NCBI GenBank assembly: GCA_038209745.1
Contig: JBBQXJ010000075.1
Location: 1-23,763 of the forward strand
Length of the DNA stretch: 23,763 bases
Direction of reading: 5' to 3'
From: Verrucomicrobiota bacterium
Lineage (GTDB): Bacteria > Verrucomicrobiota > Verrucomicrobiia > Limisphaerales > CANJSG01
The translations under genes and the position numbers were made by a program. The notes below the pieces were generated by a model. The model saw only the letters and a list, made by a program, of their open reading frames with translations. It did no database searches and had not been told where the DNA came from. Positions 1 to 7,770 of this stretch are shown piece after piece; the stretch's first letter is position 1; every line of letters begins with the position of its first letter.

Positions 1-2
1 GC

Positions 3-635
3 ATCGCGCTCGGCTTGCGCGACCGGCGCCGCCCGCATTCCGCCGCTTCCGGCTATCTTGTCGGGACGCCCGCGATGAGTCTGCTGTTTGGAGCGGCCTG
101 CTGTGCGCTCGGCGCGGGGAGCGGCTTTTTCCATGCGTCGCTGACCCGCGCAGGGCAGCGACTCGACGTGGCGATGATGTATGCGCCGCTGCTCGTCTTC
201 ATCGCGTTGAATGTGGGTCAATGGATTCCACGCGGGCCGTTCGGCGCGGATCGAAGGCTGCCGACATGGCCCGTCTTGGGCGGCCTCGCCGTCGGCGGCA
301 CTTCACTCCTTTATGCATACAAGTGGTCCATGTCCGCGCGCACGGTCCTCAGCACGCTCATCGCGACGGTCGCCATCCTCGGCATGCTCGATCTGTTTTC
401 CAGTGCGCGAAAGCTGAACGTGCGCTGGCTCGTCTTGGCTGGCGTTGCTTTGGCTGCGGGAGTGCTCTGCCGGGAACTCGATTTCGCCGCGCGCTTCACT
501 GGTCCCGACGCATGGCTGCAAGGCCACGCACTGTGGCACGTCCTCACCGCACTCTGTCTCGGCTGCATGTATTTCTACTACCGCTCCGAGTTTATTTCGA
601 GGCAGGGCGAGGAAATCGACGAACCGCACGGCTAA
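3..635 (+). CDS. Ceramidase/CREST-superfamily integral membrane hydrolase (5'-partial)
   Basis: Frame is open from the window edge. Multiple hydrophobic helices; GSGFFHAS (SxxxH), a downstream Asp (RLD) and HALWHV (HxxxH) are typical CREST metal-binding motifs. Confidence 0.7.
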   Translation: MALGLRDRRRPHSAASGYLVGTPAMSLLFGAACCALGAGSGFFHASLTRAGQRLDVAMMYAPLLVFIALNVGQWIPRGPFGADRRLPTWPVLGGLAVGGTSLLYAYKWSMSARTVLSTLIATVAILGMLDLFSSARKLNVRWLVLAGVALAAGVLCRELDFAARFTGPDAWLQGHALWHVLTALCLGCMYFYYRSEFISRQGEEIDEPHG

Positions 636-654
636 CCAATCTTTCCACTTCCGC

Positions 655-3654
655 ATGAAACGCATCGTCATTCTCCTCGCTGCACTGCTCCATGGGCCTC
701 TCTTCGGGCCACTCGCGGCCTTCGCCGCGCCTTCTCCGGCGCAGTATGCGGGCTGGCAGCATTCGGGTTCCATTTTCCTGATCACCACGCCGGACGGTGC
801 GGATTTGCCGGCGTCGGCGGGGGTCGAGGGATTCCCTCTGCTTGTGCGGTTGCACAAGGACTCGTTCGATTTCACAGAGGCTCGGGCCTACGGGGAAGAT
901 GTGCGTTTCACCACGAGTGAGGGGGTGGCGCTGGCGTATGAAATCGAGGAGTGGGATGCGGCGCGCGGCGAGGCGGCGGTCTGGGTGCGAATGCCGAAAA
1001 TCACGGGCAATACCCGGCAGGAGTTGCGCGTTTTCTGGGGAAAGCGGGACGCGCAGAGCGAATCGAACGGAACGGCGGTCTTTGGCGAGTCGAATGGCTA
1101 CCTCAGCGTGTGGCATCTCGGCGATGCGGTGGTGGATGAAGTGGGGACGCTGGAGTCGAAGGACGTGGAGACGACGGCGGTGCGCGGGATGATCGGGAAG
1201 GCGCGGCACTTCGCGGGGAAGCAGGGCATTTTCGGTGGAGACAAGATCCCGGATTATCCGGCGGGTGGGAACGCGCATACGACGGAGCTGTGGGTCCGTG
1301 CCGAGAAAGCGAACGGAACGATCATGGGCTGGGGCAACGAGGGCGGCGGGCGCGGGAGCAAGGTCCGGATACAGTTTGCCAGTCCGCCGCATGTGCAGGT
1401 GGACAGCGACTTTTCCAACGTGCAGGGCGAGAGCCGTCTGCCAATGAACGAGTGGATCCACGTCGTCCACACCTATGGCGACGGGCCGAGACGCATCTAT
1501 ATCAACGGCAAGGTGGATGGCGAGGCGACGACGAAGCTCGACATCAAAACTCCGGCGCGGCTGTGGCTCGGCGGATGGTATGACAACTACGACTTCGTGG
1601 GCGACCTCGATGAGGTCCGCGTGTCGCGCGTGTCGCGCTCGACGGACTGGGTGCGGCTGACTTACGAAAATCAAAAGCCGATGCAAACCCTCGTCGGGCC
1701 GGTGGTGCAGCCGGGCGATGCGTTCGCTGTCGCGCCAGCAACGACGACGGTGATGGAGGGAAAGAGTGCGACCTTCACCGCGCAGGCGGGCGGCGCACAG
1801 AAGGTATTTTGGATTTTGAAACGTGACGGACACGAGCGAGTGGTGGCGGTGGATCGGTTCAGCTACACGTTCGATGCGGGGCGCGTGGTGGGCGATGCGA
1901 AGGCGACGCTGGTCTTCAAGGCAGTGTATCCGACTGGCGTGAAGACGAGGGACATCGCCATCACGGTGAAGGAGGACATCGCGGAGCCGGCGTTCGCTTT
2001 GAAAGCGCCAGCCGCGTGGGATGGGCGCGCGGCGATCGAAGTCGTGCCGGTCGTCAGCAATCTCGCGGCGATGCCGGCGAAGGGCGCGGGAGATTTGAAG
2101 ATCGAGTGGAAGGTCGGGGGCATCGGGACGATTCACGAAATCGTGCAGGGAAAACTGCTGCTCAAGCGCGCGCAGAACAGCGGCGCGCTGACGGTGACGG
2201 CGACGGTGAGCAACGGCGGCGCGCCGACGACTCACGAAGTCACCATCGCTGTAACCGAGCCGAAGAGCGACCCGTGGATCGTGCGCATTCCGGCGAAGGA
2301 CGAAAAGCCGGTGGAAGGGCAGTTTTTTGAGCGCGACGACAAGGGCGAGGGCACGCTCTTTTACAAAGGCACGCTGGCCGAAGCCGCCGACTCGGTCTTT
2401 TTGAAAGTCTATGCCGACGGCAAGTTGATCAAGACGGAGACCGCAAAACCAGCGGCGGACAAGTCCTACGCGCTGTCGTCGAAGCTCAAGCCGGGACTCA
2501 TCAAATACAAAGTGGAATTCGGCACCAAGAGCGGCGGACGCGAAACCGTCGTGCAGACCGTGAACGACCTTGTCTGCGGCGATGCCTACATCATCCAGGG
2601 TCAGTCGAACGCGCTCGCGACGGACACCGGCGAGAAATCCCCGCCGGAGACGAGCGAGTGGATTCGCAGCTATGGCCAAGCGCCGGCGAACTCGAAGGAC
2701 GCGACGAACATGACGGAGAACCTGTGGTGCCTGCCCGTGTGGAAGGCGCAGGCTGGCGAGAAAGCCGAGCTGGGTTGGTGGGGCATGGAGCTGGCGAAGC
2801 GGCTCGTCGAGAGCCAGAAGATTCCCATCTTCATCATCAACGGCGCAGTCGGCGGGACTCGCATCGATCAGCACCAACGCGACGAAGCTGACCCGACAGA
2901 CCCCACCACGATCTACGGGCGGATGCTCTGGCGCGTGCAACAGGCGAAATTGACGCACGGTATCCGCGGCATTCTTTGGCATCAGGGCGAAAACAATCAG
3001 GGCACTGCCGGGCCGACGGGCGACTACGATTGGAAGACGTATCAGGACTACTTCGTGGCGATGTCCGGCGCGTGGAAGCAGGACTTCCCAAACCTCCAGC
3101 ACACCTACGTTTTCCAAATCTGGCCGGACTCCTGCAGCATGGCCGGGGACACCGGCGCGGGCGACAACCTCCGCGAGATTCAACGCACGCTCCCGCGCCT
3201 CTATTCGCACATGAGCGCGATGTCCACGCTCGGCATCCAGCCCCCCGGCGGCTGCCATTTCCCGCTGCTCGGCTGGGCTGAATTCGCACGGCTCATCCAG
3301 CCCCTGATCGAGCGCGACAACTACGGAAAAATGCCCACCGCCTCCATCACACCGCCGAATCTCGTGCGGGCACAATTCACCAGTGCGGCGAAGGACACCA
3401 TCGCGCTGGAGTTCGACCAACCGATTGTCTGGAACGACGCGTTGACGGGGCAATTTTACCTCGATGGAGAGAAGGACAAGGTCGCCTCGGGCGGCATCAC
3501 CGGAAATGTGCTCACGCTCAAACTCGCCGCGCCATCCGCTGCGACGAAAATCACCTATCTCAAGGAAGTCGCATGGAGCCAGGACAAGCTCATCCGCGGA
3601 GCCAACGGCATCGCCGCGCTGACGTTTTGCGACGTGCCGATCTCGCCAAACTAA
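655..3654 (+). CDS. Secreted DUF2341 + LamG/ConA-like + SGNH sialate O-acetylesterase (SASA) domain protein, 999 aa
   Basis: ATG at 655 is followed by a signal peptide (MKRIVILLAALL). DUF2341-like GEDVRFT..LAYEIEEWD..AAVWVRMP; LamG-like WIHVVHTY..IYINGK..GDLDEVRVS; SASA blocks IQGQSNA, LWHQGE and GCHF. Confidence 0.8.
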   Translation: MKRIVILLAALLHGPLFGPLAAFAAPSPAQYAGWQHSGSIFLITTPDGADLPASAGVEGFPLLVRLHKDSFDFTEARAYGEDVRFTTSEGVALAYEIEEWDAARGEAAVWVRMPKITGNTRQELRVFWGKRDAQSESNGTAVFGESNGYLSVWHLGDAVVDEVGTLESKDVETTAVRGMIGKARHFAGKQGIFGGDKIPDYPAGGNAHTTELWVRAEKANGTIMGWGNEGGGRGSKVRIQFASPPHVQVDSDFSNVQGESRLPMNEWIHVVHTYGDGPRRIYINGKVDGEATTKLDIKTPARLWLGGWYDNYDFVGDLDEVRVSRVSRSTDWVRLTYENQKPMQTLVGPVVQPGDAFAVAPATTTVMEGKSATFTAQAGGAQKVFWILKRDGHERVVAVDRFSYTFDAGRVVGDAKATLVFKAVYPTGVKTRDIAITVKEDIAEPAFALKAPAAWDGRAAIEVVPVVSNLAAMPAKGAGDLKIEWKVGGIGTIHEIVQGKLLLKRAQNSGALTVTATVSNGGAPTTHEVTIAVTEPKSDPWIVRIPAKDEKPVEGQFFERDDKGEGTLFYKGTLAEAADSVFLKVYADGKLIKTETAKPAADKSYALSSKLKPGLIKYKVEFGTKSGGRETVVQTVNDLVCGDAYIIQGQSNALATDTGEKSPPETSEWIRSYGQAPANSKDATNMTENLWCLPVWKAQAGEKAELGWWGMELAKRLVESQKIPIFIINGAVGGTRIDQHQRDEADPTDPTTIYGRMLWRVQQAKLTHGIRGILWHQGENNQGTAGPTGDYDWKTYQDYFVAMSGAWKQDFPNLQHTYVFQIWPDSCSMAGDTGAGDNLREIQRTLPRLYSHMSAMSTLGIQPPGGCHFPLLGWAEFARLIQPLIERDNYGKMPTASITPPNLVRAQFTSAAKDTIALEFDQPIVWNDALTGQFYLDGEKDKVASGGITGNVLTLKLAAPSAATKITYLKEVAWSQDKLIRGANGIAALTFCDVPISPN

Positions 3655-3660
3655 ATCCCC

Positions 3661-3966
3661 ATGACACCTCCCTCCTCATTGTCCAACGCACTACGCATCG
3701 CGCTTTTCGCCAGTATCCTTGGCACACGGTTGCTCGCTGCGGAACCCCCGAAGACTCCGCCGGACCTCACCGTGGATCAATCGGTGGATCACACGCTGAC
3801 CTACAACCTCGGGCCGACGAGCCTGCGTGGGTGGATCTACACGCGCGCGGCGAATTTCCGCGAGAGCCAGCAAGGGCGCACGACGACGGCGAGCCGACAG
3901 ATTTTGGTGACGCACGTTGGCAAGGATTCACCGGCGGATGGCGTTATGAAAGCGGATGATGTGATC
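3661..3966 (+). pseudogene. N-terminal fragment of a DUF6288/PDZ-like secreted protein, truncated at an IS3 remnant (ORF reads on to the stop at 4032)
   Basis: Signal peptide, then PPDLT..YNLGPTSLRGWIY and PDZ-like ILVTHVGKDSPADGVMKADDVI. After 3966 the sequence is antisense IS3 transposase. Confidence 0.65.
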
Positions 3967-4366
3967 CGCGGCGATCCGCAGGTCCGGCGGCTTTCGGCGT
4001 GGATGGCGGTGATCTGCTCGGCCAGCGCCTGATCCTCCCGGGCCCGGAAGCCGGGAGCCAAACGGCGTCGGTCCCGGTCGTAGACGCCGCTGGGAGAGAC
4101 CAGGCGGTTCTCGCAGTGCCGCGCCATGGAGTGGTCGTTTCTCATCGCGTGAACCCGTTCATGGCGTTCGACGGTGCTTCGGAGAGGATGCCCAACGTTT
4201 TTCTAAAATGTCGCGCTGCTCACGGAGGTGACGGATCTCCCGCCGGGCGGCCTCGAGCTGGGACCGGAGGTCGGAGGCCAAGGGCCTTCCCGCCCTCCCC
4301 CGTCGGCGGGGGCAGGAGCTGGCGCCAGGCGAAGAGCAGGCTTTCGTTCAGGCCCGGTTCTCTGGC
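3961..4366 (-). mobile_element. Internal remnant of an IS3-family insertion sequence (orfA C-half + orfB N-terminus), frameshifted, no terminal repeats seen
   Basis: Minus strand gives AREPGLNESLLFAWRQ (orfA HTH), then QLEAARREIRHLREQRDIL-/-TLGILSEAP..TR*. A degenerate A-rich frameshift site (TTTAGAAAAAC) lies at ~4197-4207. OrfB reads CENRLVSPSGVYD..LAEQITAIHAESRRTCGSPRIT (cf. VSxSGYY, TYGSPRI). Confidence 0.8.
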
Positions 4367-4776
4367 GGAAGGAACGCGACACCCTCGGCGGTGTGGAGCG
4401 CGACGTGGTGGTGCATCGCAAGGGCGCGACGCCGGCGCACGCGGGCGTGTTGGGGATCATTCCCGGATCGATGGCGACCCCGGGCTACGTCGTGCCCGGC
4501 AAGGGCGGCGCGGATTCGCTGGGATCGGCATCGCACGGCGCGGGCCGGGTGATGAGCCGGACGAAGGCGAACGAGACCTTCGAGTGGAGCAAGGTGAACC
4601 GCTTGCTGAAGGAGCGGAACGTCCACCTGCTCTCCGCCGGTCTCGACGAGGTGCCGGGCGTCTACAAGGACATCCATCAGGTCATGGCCGCACAGAGAGA
4701 TCTGGTGGAGGTGCTGGCCGAGTTCATGCCCCGCATCGTGAAGATGGCGCCGAGCGGGGAGCGGCTGGAGGATTGA
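4367..4776 (+). pseudogene. rtcB: C-terminal fragment of RtcB RNA ligase
   Basis: VHRKGATPA, GIIPGSM, SASHGAGRVMSR and DEVPGVYKDI..VM..Q.DLV are present. Most of the protein, including the N-terminal metal ligands, is absent. Confidence 0.85.
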
Positions 4777-4790
4777 GGCATTGATCTGGC

Positions 4791-4854
4791 GACACGAATT
4801 CCACGGATTACCACGAATTGATTCCGCTTTGTGCAAATCCGTGGAATTCGAGTC
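4791..4854. repeat. Imperfect palindrome with 9-10-bp periodic CACG(A/G)ATT units
   Basis: Arms 4791-4817 and 4828-4854 match at 23/27, with a perfect 15-bp core CGAATTCCACGGATT / AATCCGTGGAATTCG. Confidence 0.8.
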
Positions 4855-4928
4855 CATCCCCACCCCTTGAATTTCACGGCGAATCTGTAATCGACCCGCC
4901 GCGTGCTCGGGCGTATCACCGCATCCCT

Positions 4929-6008
4929 ATGGGTCTTCTCGATTTCATCAAGGGTCAGGCACTCGAGGTCATCGAGTGGACTGACGATTCACGCGACACC
5001 CTCTCCTACCGCTTCCCGGACGACGACAAGGCGATCAAACGCGGCGCCCAGCTCATCGTGCGCGAGAGCCAGACCGCGCAGTTCGTCTACCTCGGCGAAT
5101 TCGGCGACACCTTCGGGCCGGGCAAACACAGCCTCGTCACCGAGAACATCCCCTTCCTCACCAAGCTGGCGTCGTGGAAATACGCCTTCGACGTGCCGTT
5201 CAAGGCGGACGTCTACTACGTCATCACCCGCACCTTCACGGGCAACAAATGGGGCACGGCCAACCCCGTGATGATGCGCGATCGGGACTTCGGCATCGTC
5301 CGAGCCCGGGCCTACGGCATCTATGATTTCAAGATCGTGGACCCCCGGGTCTTCCTGAAGGAAGTCGCCGGCACAGACCAGCATTTCCGGCTGGATGAAT
5401 TCCAGGAGACGATGCGGTCCAAGATCATCTCCGTCTTCAGCGAAGCGTTGGCGCAGTCGAACGTGCCCATGCTCGACATCGCCACGCGCTACAGCGAACT
5501 CGGCACGGCGCTGCTCCCGGCGATCAATCCCATCACCCGGGCGAAATACGGCTTGGAGATCACGAACTTCGTGGTCGAGAACGTGTCCGTTCCGCCCGAA
5601 GTCGAGACCGCCATCGACAAGCGCTCCAGCATGGGCGCGATCGGCGACATGAACCAATACGTGAAGTTCCAGCTCGCGCAGGGTCTCGGAACGGGCGGTG
5701 GCGGAGCCGGTGGCACGGCGGCGGAACTCGCGGTCGGCTTCGGCCTGGCGCAGCAGCTGATGAAGGACGGCGGCCTGACCGGCGCAGGAAATCCCCCGCC
5801 AATCCCCGGAGCCGCGCCGGCCGCCCCAGCGACCGCCGGCGCTCCCGCTGGCTTCGACCTGCTCAGCCCCGGCGAAGCAGCGCAACTGCTCGGCGTGAGC
5901 GAGGGCGACGTGTTGGCCACGATCCAGGACGGCGGGCTCAAGGCGAAGAAGATTGGCAGCACCTACCGGATCACGCGCGGCGCGCTGGAGGAGTTTTTGA
6001 AGAGCTGA
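4929..6008 (+). CDS. SPFH (Band 7, YdjI-like) protein with C-terminal excisionase-type HTH (HTH_17), 359 aa
   Basis: MGLLDFIKGQALEVIEW..LIVRESQ..FGPG.H.L.TENIPF..KWGT.NPV..RD.DFG.VR.RAYG; Pro/Ala linker; C-terminal LLSPGEAAQLLGVS..I.DG.LKAKKIGSTYRITR. Confidence 0.85.
   Translation: MGLLDFIKGQALEVIEWTDDSRDTLSYRFPDDDKAIKRGAQLIVRESQTAQFVYLGEFGDTFGPGKHSLVTENIPFLTKLASWKYAFDVPFKADVYYVITRTFTGNKWGTANPVMMRDRDFGIVRARAYGIYDFKIVDPRVFLKEVAGTDQHFRLDEFQETMRSKIISVFSEALAQSNVPMLDIATRYSELGTALLPAINPITRAKYGLEITNFVVENVSVPPEVETAIDKRSSMGAIGDMNQYVKFQLAQGLGTGGGGAGGTAAELAVGFGLAQQLMKDGGLTGAGNPPPIPGAAPAAPATAGAPAGFDLLSPGEAAQLLGVSEGDVLATIQDGGLKAKKIGSTYRITRGALEEFLKS
5955..6008 (+). repeat. Direct repeat copy 1: the in-use 3' end of the SPFH-HTH gene
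   Basis: 54 bp, 45/54 identical to 6510-6563; the first 20 bp are identical (GGCAGCACCTACCGGATCAC). Confidence 0.9.
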
Positions 6009-6047
6009 CGCAGGAGCCGCCTTGCCGGTGATTCCTAAACCCGAACG

Positions 6048-6296
6048 ATGAAATACCGGATCGAGTTTGCCGCTTCCGTCCCGGACGACCTTGAGTCGGT
6101 CCCGGCGGCGGATGTCGGCCGGATTCTGCGGAAGATCCAGCGTCTGGAGGACGGACTGGCCGGCAATGTCAAACGCCTGCAAAACGCCGATGTCGCCTAC
6201 CGGCTGAGGATGGGAAACTACCGCGTCCTGTTTGACGTGGTGGGAGACCGCGTCATCGTCCAAGCCATCGGCCATCGAAAGGATGTCTATGAATAA
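6048..6296 (+). CDS. RelE/ParE-family type II toxin, 82 aa
   Basis: MKYRIEF..DL..I..KI..L....VKRL...YRLRMGNYRVLFDV...VIV.AIGHRKDVY, a classic RelE pattern. Confidence 0.9.
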   Translation: MKYRIEFAASVPDDLESVPAADVGRILRKIQRLEDGLAGNVKRLQNADVAYRLRMGNYRVLFDVVGDRVIVQAIGHRKDVYE

Positions 6297-6480
6297 AGTT
6301 CCGACCAAACCCAAGACGCCCGCCAGCGGACGCAAGCTGGTCCAAGCGCAGGTCTCCAAGCTCCGCGAACAGATGGAGGACATGCAGGACTACCTGACCC
6401 TTTTGGACGCCCGCGCGCGCAACGAGGGCAAGCCGACCCTCTCCCTGGCGGAGATGAAGCGGAAAGTCGGGAAGAAGTGA
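6289..6480 (+). CDS. Putative cognate antitoxin (acidic helix + 'T.SL.E.K' tail, no obvious DNA-binding domain), 63 aa
   Basis: Overlaps the toxin stop. LREQMEDMQDYLTLLDARARNEGKPTLSLAEMKRKVG resembles the C-terminal neutralising segment of RelB-type antitoxins. Alternative ATG at 6283. Confidence 0.7.
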   Translation: MNKVPTKPKTPASGRKLVQAQVSKLREQMEDMQDYLTLLDARARNEGKPTLSLAEMKRKVGKK

Positions 6481-6509
6481 TCGACCCTTCAAAGACATGC
6501 GCCAACCCA

Positions 6510-6563
6510 GGCAGCACCTACCGGATCACTCGCGGTCCGCTGGAGGAATTCTTGAAATCCTAA
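6510..6563 (+). repeat. Direct repeat copy 2: orphan 3' end of the SPFH-HTH gene (GSTYRITRGPLEEFLKS*)
   Basis: Encodes 16/17 of the same residues plus a stop. There is no similarity to the SPFH gene upstream of 6510. Confidence 0.9.
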
Positions 6564-6806
6564 AGTTATGCACGTGGAGTCTTTGCCACGGAGCTGCTGG
6601 AACTCTCGATCGATCTCGTCGGTGGCCTGTTTGAATTGGCCGACCTCGCCCGGCTCGGGCGTTTCCTCTCGGGGTTGGCGCTTGGCCTCGCCCTCGGGGT
6701 TTGGATTGGTGGGAAGTGTCCCAGGAAGGCTGTTGGCCGGTTGATCGCGGTTCCAGTAATCGTGGTGGCAGGCGCTTTCGGGTTGGTATGGCAGCAGCGA
6801 GCTTGA
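6564..6806 (+). pseudogene. Small two-TM membrane protein frame lacking a good in-frame start (not in the ORF track)
   Basis: Open frame ..ELLELSIDLVGGLFELADLARLGRFLSGLALGLALGVWIGGK..LIAVPVIVVAGAFGLVWQQRA*. The nearest ATG (6568) is out of frame. Confidence 0.4.
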
Positions 6807-6860
6807 TCCAGTTCATGAAACCAAACATCGCATCTCGAACAAGGCAGAGTGGACCGGCCC

Positions 6861-7081
6861 AGTCCGAAGGACTGGCAGAAGGTAGCCGAGGGTCGAGCGC
6901 AGCGACACCCCAGGTGGGACGAATCAGGCCGCCGCACCCTGACAGGGTGCCAGCAAGCGACACCTTCGAGCGCGGCTCTGACATCCCTGCGGGATGCGAT
7001 TTGTTGGCGACCGGGAACCGGGGGTGTCATCGCGCTCCGCACTCCTCAACCACCGGCTTCCTTCTGCCAACCCTTTGGGCT
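6861..7081. repeat. Composite REP/BIME-like nested palindromic element (~220 bp)
   Basis: Outer arms 6861-6897 / 7045-7081 match at 29/37. GACACCCC 6904-6911 pairs with GGGGTGTC 7021-7028. Inner hairpins are GCACCCTG-A-CAGGGTGC (6934-6950) and CATCCC-TGC-GGGATG (6982-6996). Confidence 0.8.
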
Positions 7082-7114
7082 TCTCCGGCGAACAACCGGC
7101 AGTCAAATCATCAT

Positions 7115-7759
7115 ATGGCAACTACACGAATGGACCGATTGAACCGAGCGCGCCCCCTCACCCGGCTTTCAGCCACATCCTCCCCATCCGATAGGGAGAG
7201 GGCCGGGGCGCGGGGCTTCTCGTGCCTGGCCTTGCTTTTCCTTGTGGTCGCCCTGATGTCCACGGCCTGCTCTCCCCTCGGCAGCTTGCAGCCATTGGGC
7301 GAGAAAGCCGTCGTCCTGAAACCCGAAACGATCAACGGCGACTGGGTGTCGAACGGCGGCCATCTCAAGCTGCTGGTCACCGACGCCACCAACGGCACCG
7401 CGCTCGCCGCCTGGATCGAGGAGGAAAATGGCGACCTGAAGATGAAGCGCCTCAAGCTGGTCGTCCGGCAGACCGGCGAGACCACCTTGGTCAACGTGCG
7501 GTTTCTCGACGAGACCAACGAAGTTTACATGGTCGGTCGCGGCAAACTCTCGGACAACACGCTCGTCTTTTGGCCCGGCAACAAGGACGCGCTGAAGCAA
7601 TCGGTAGGAGCGGGCAAGCTCTCGATCGTCGCGACGAACGACACCGACATAATCATCTCGACCAATTTCCAGCAGGCGGCCGAATTCCTCACGTCGCCCG
7701 CCGGCAAGACGATGTTCGACCTGGAAGAACCGCTGGTGCTGACCCGCATGCCTCGATGA
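7115..7759 (+). CDS. Hypothetical lipoprotein (start uncertain: 7115 or 7130)
   Basis: Hydrophobic stretch LALLFLVVALM followed by a STAC lipobox-like motif; GC3-rich coding pattern from ~7220 to 7759. Confidence 0.65.
   Translation: MATTRMDRLNRARPLTRLSATSSPSDRERAGARGFSCLALLFLVVALMSTACSPLGSLQPLGEKAVVLKPETINGDWVSNGGHLKLLVTDATNGTALAAWIEEENGDLKMKRLKLVVRQTGETTLVNVRFLDETNEVYMVGRGKLSDNTLVFWPGNKDALKQSVGAGKLSIVATNDTDIIISTNFQQAAEFLTSPAGKTMFDLEEPLVLTRMPR
7152..7216. repeat. REP-like CCCCTCACCC..CTCCCC..GGGAGAGGG hairpin inside the lipoprotein 5' region
   Basis: GCCCC/GGGGC outer pair, CCCGGC/GCCGGG pair, inner CTCCCCATC-C-GATAGGGAG hairpin. Confidence 0.6.
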
Positions 7760-7770
7760 GCCCCGACTAC

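Noticed and set aside
629..654. attC site after the ceramidase-like gene (stop lies in GGCTAAC)
   Set aside because: Only ~20 bp separate it from the next ATG, with no palindrome or matching GTT core.
592..3453. Long antisense or alternative-frame ORFs (592..3453, 4989..6383, 7829..9061, 10466..11815, 19962..21365, 20467..22953 and similar)
   Set aside because: These are shadow ORFs of high-GC genes: they overlap well-supported CDSs and show no recognisable motifs.
4228..4776. Intact short RtcB (182 aa)
   Set aside because: The first ~46 codons are antisense IS3 sequence and the N-terminal catalytic residues are missing.
5955..6563. Diversity-generating retroelement TR/VR pair
   Set aside because: The mismatches are not adenine-specific but fall at synonymous codon positions, and no reverse transcriptase is present in the window.
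6701..7114. N-terminal extension of the 352-aa ORF 6701..7759
   Set aside because: It is read-through of the palindromic repeat element; protein-like sequence and the signal peptide start only after ~7115-7220.
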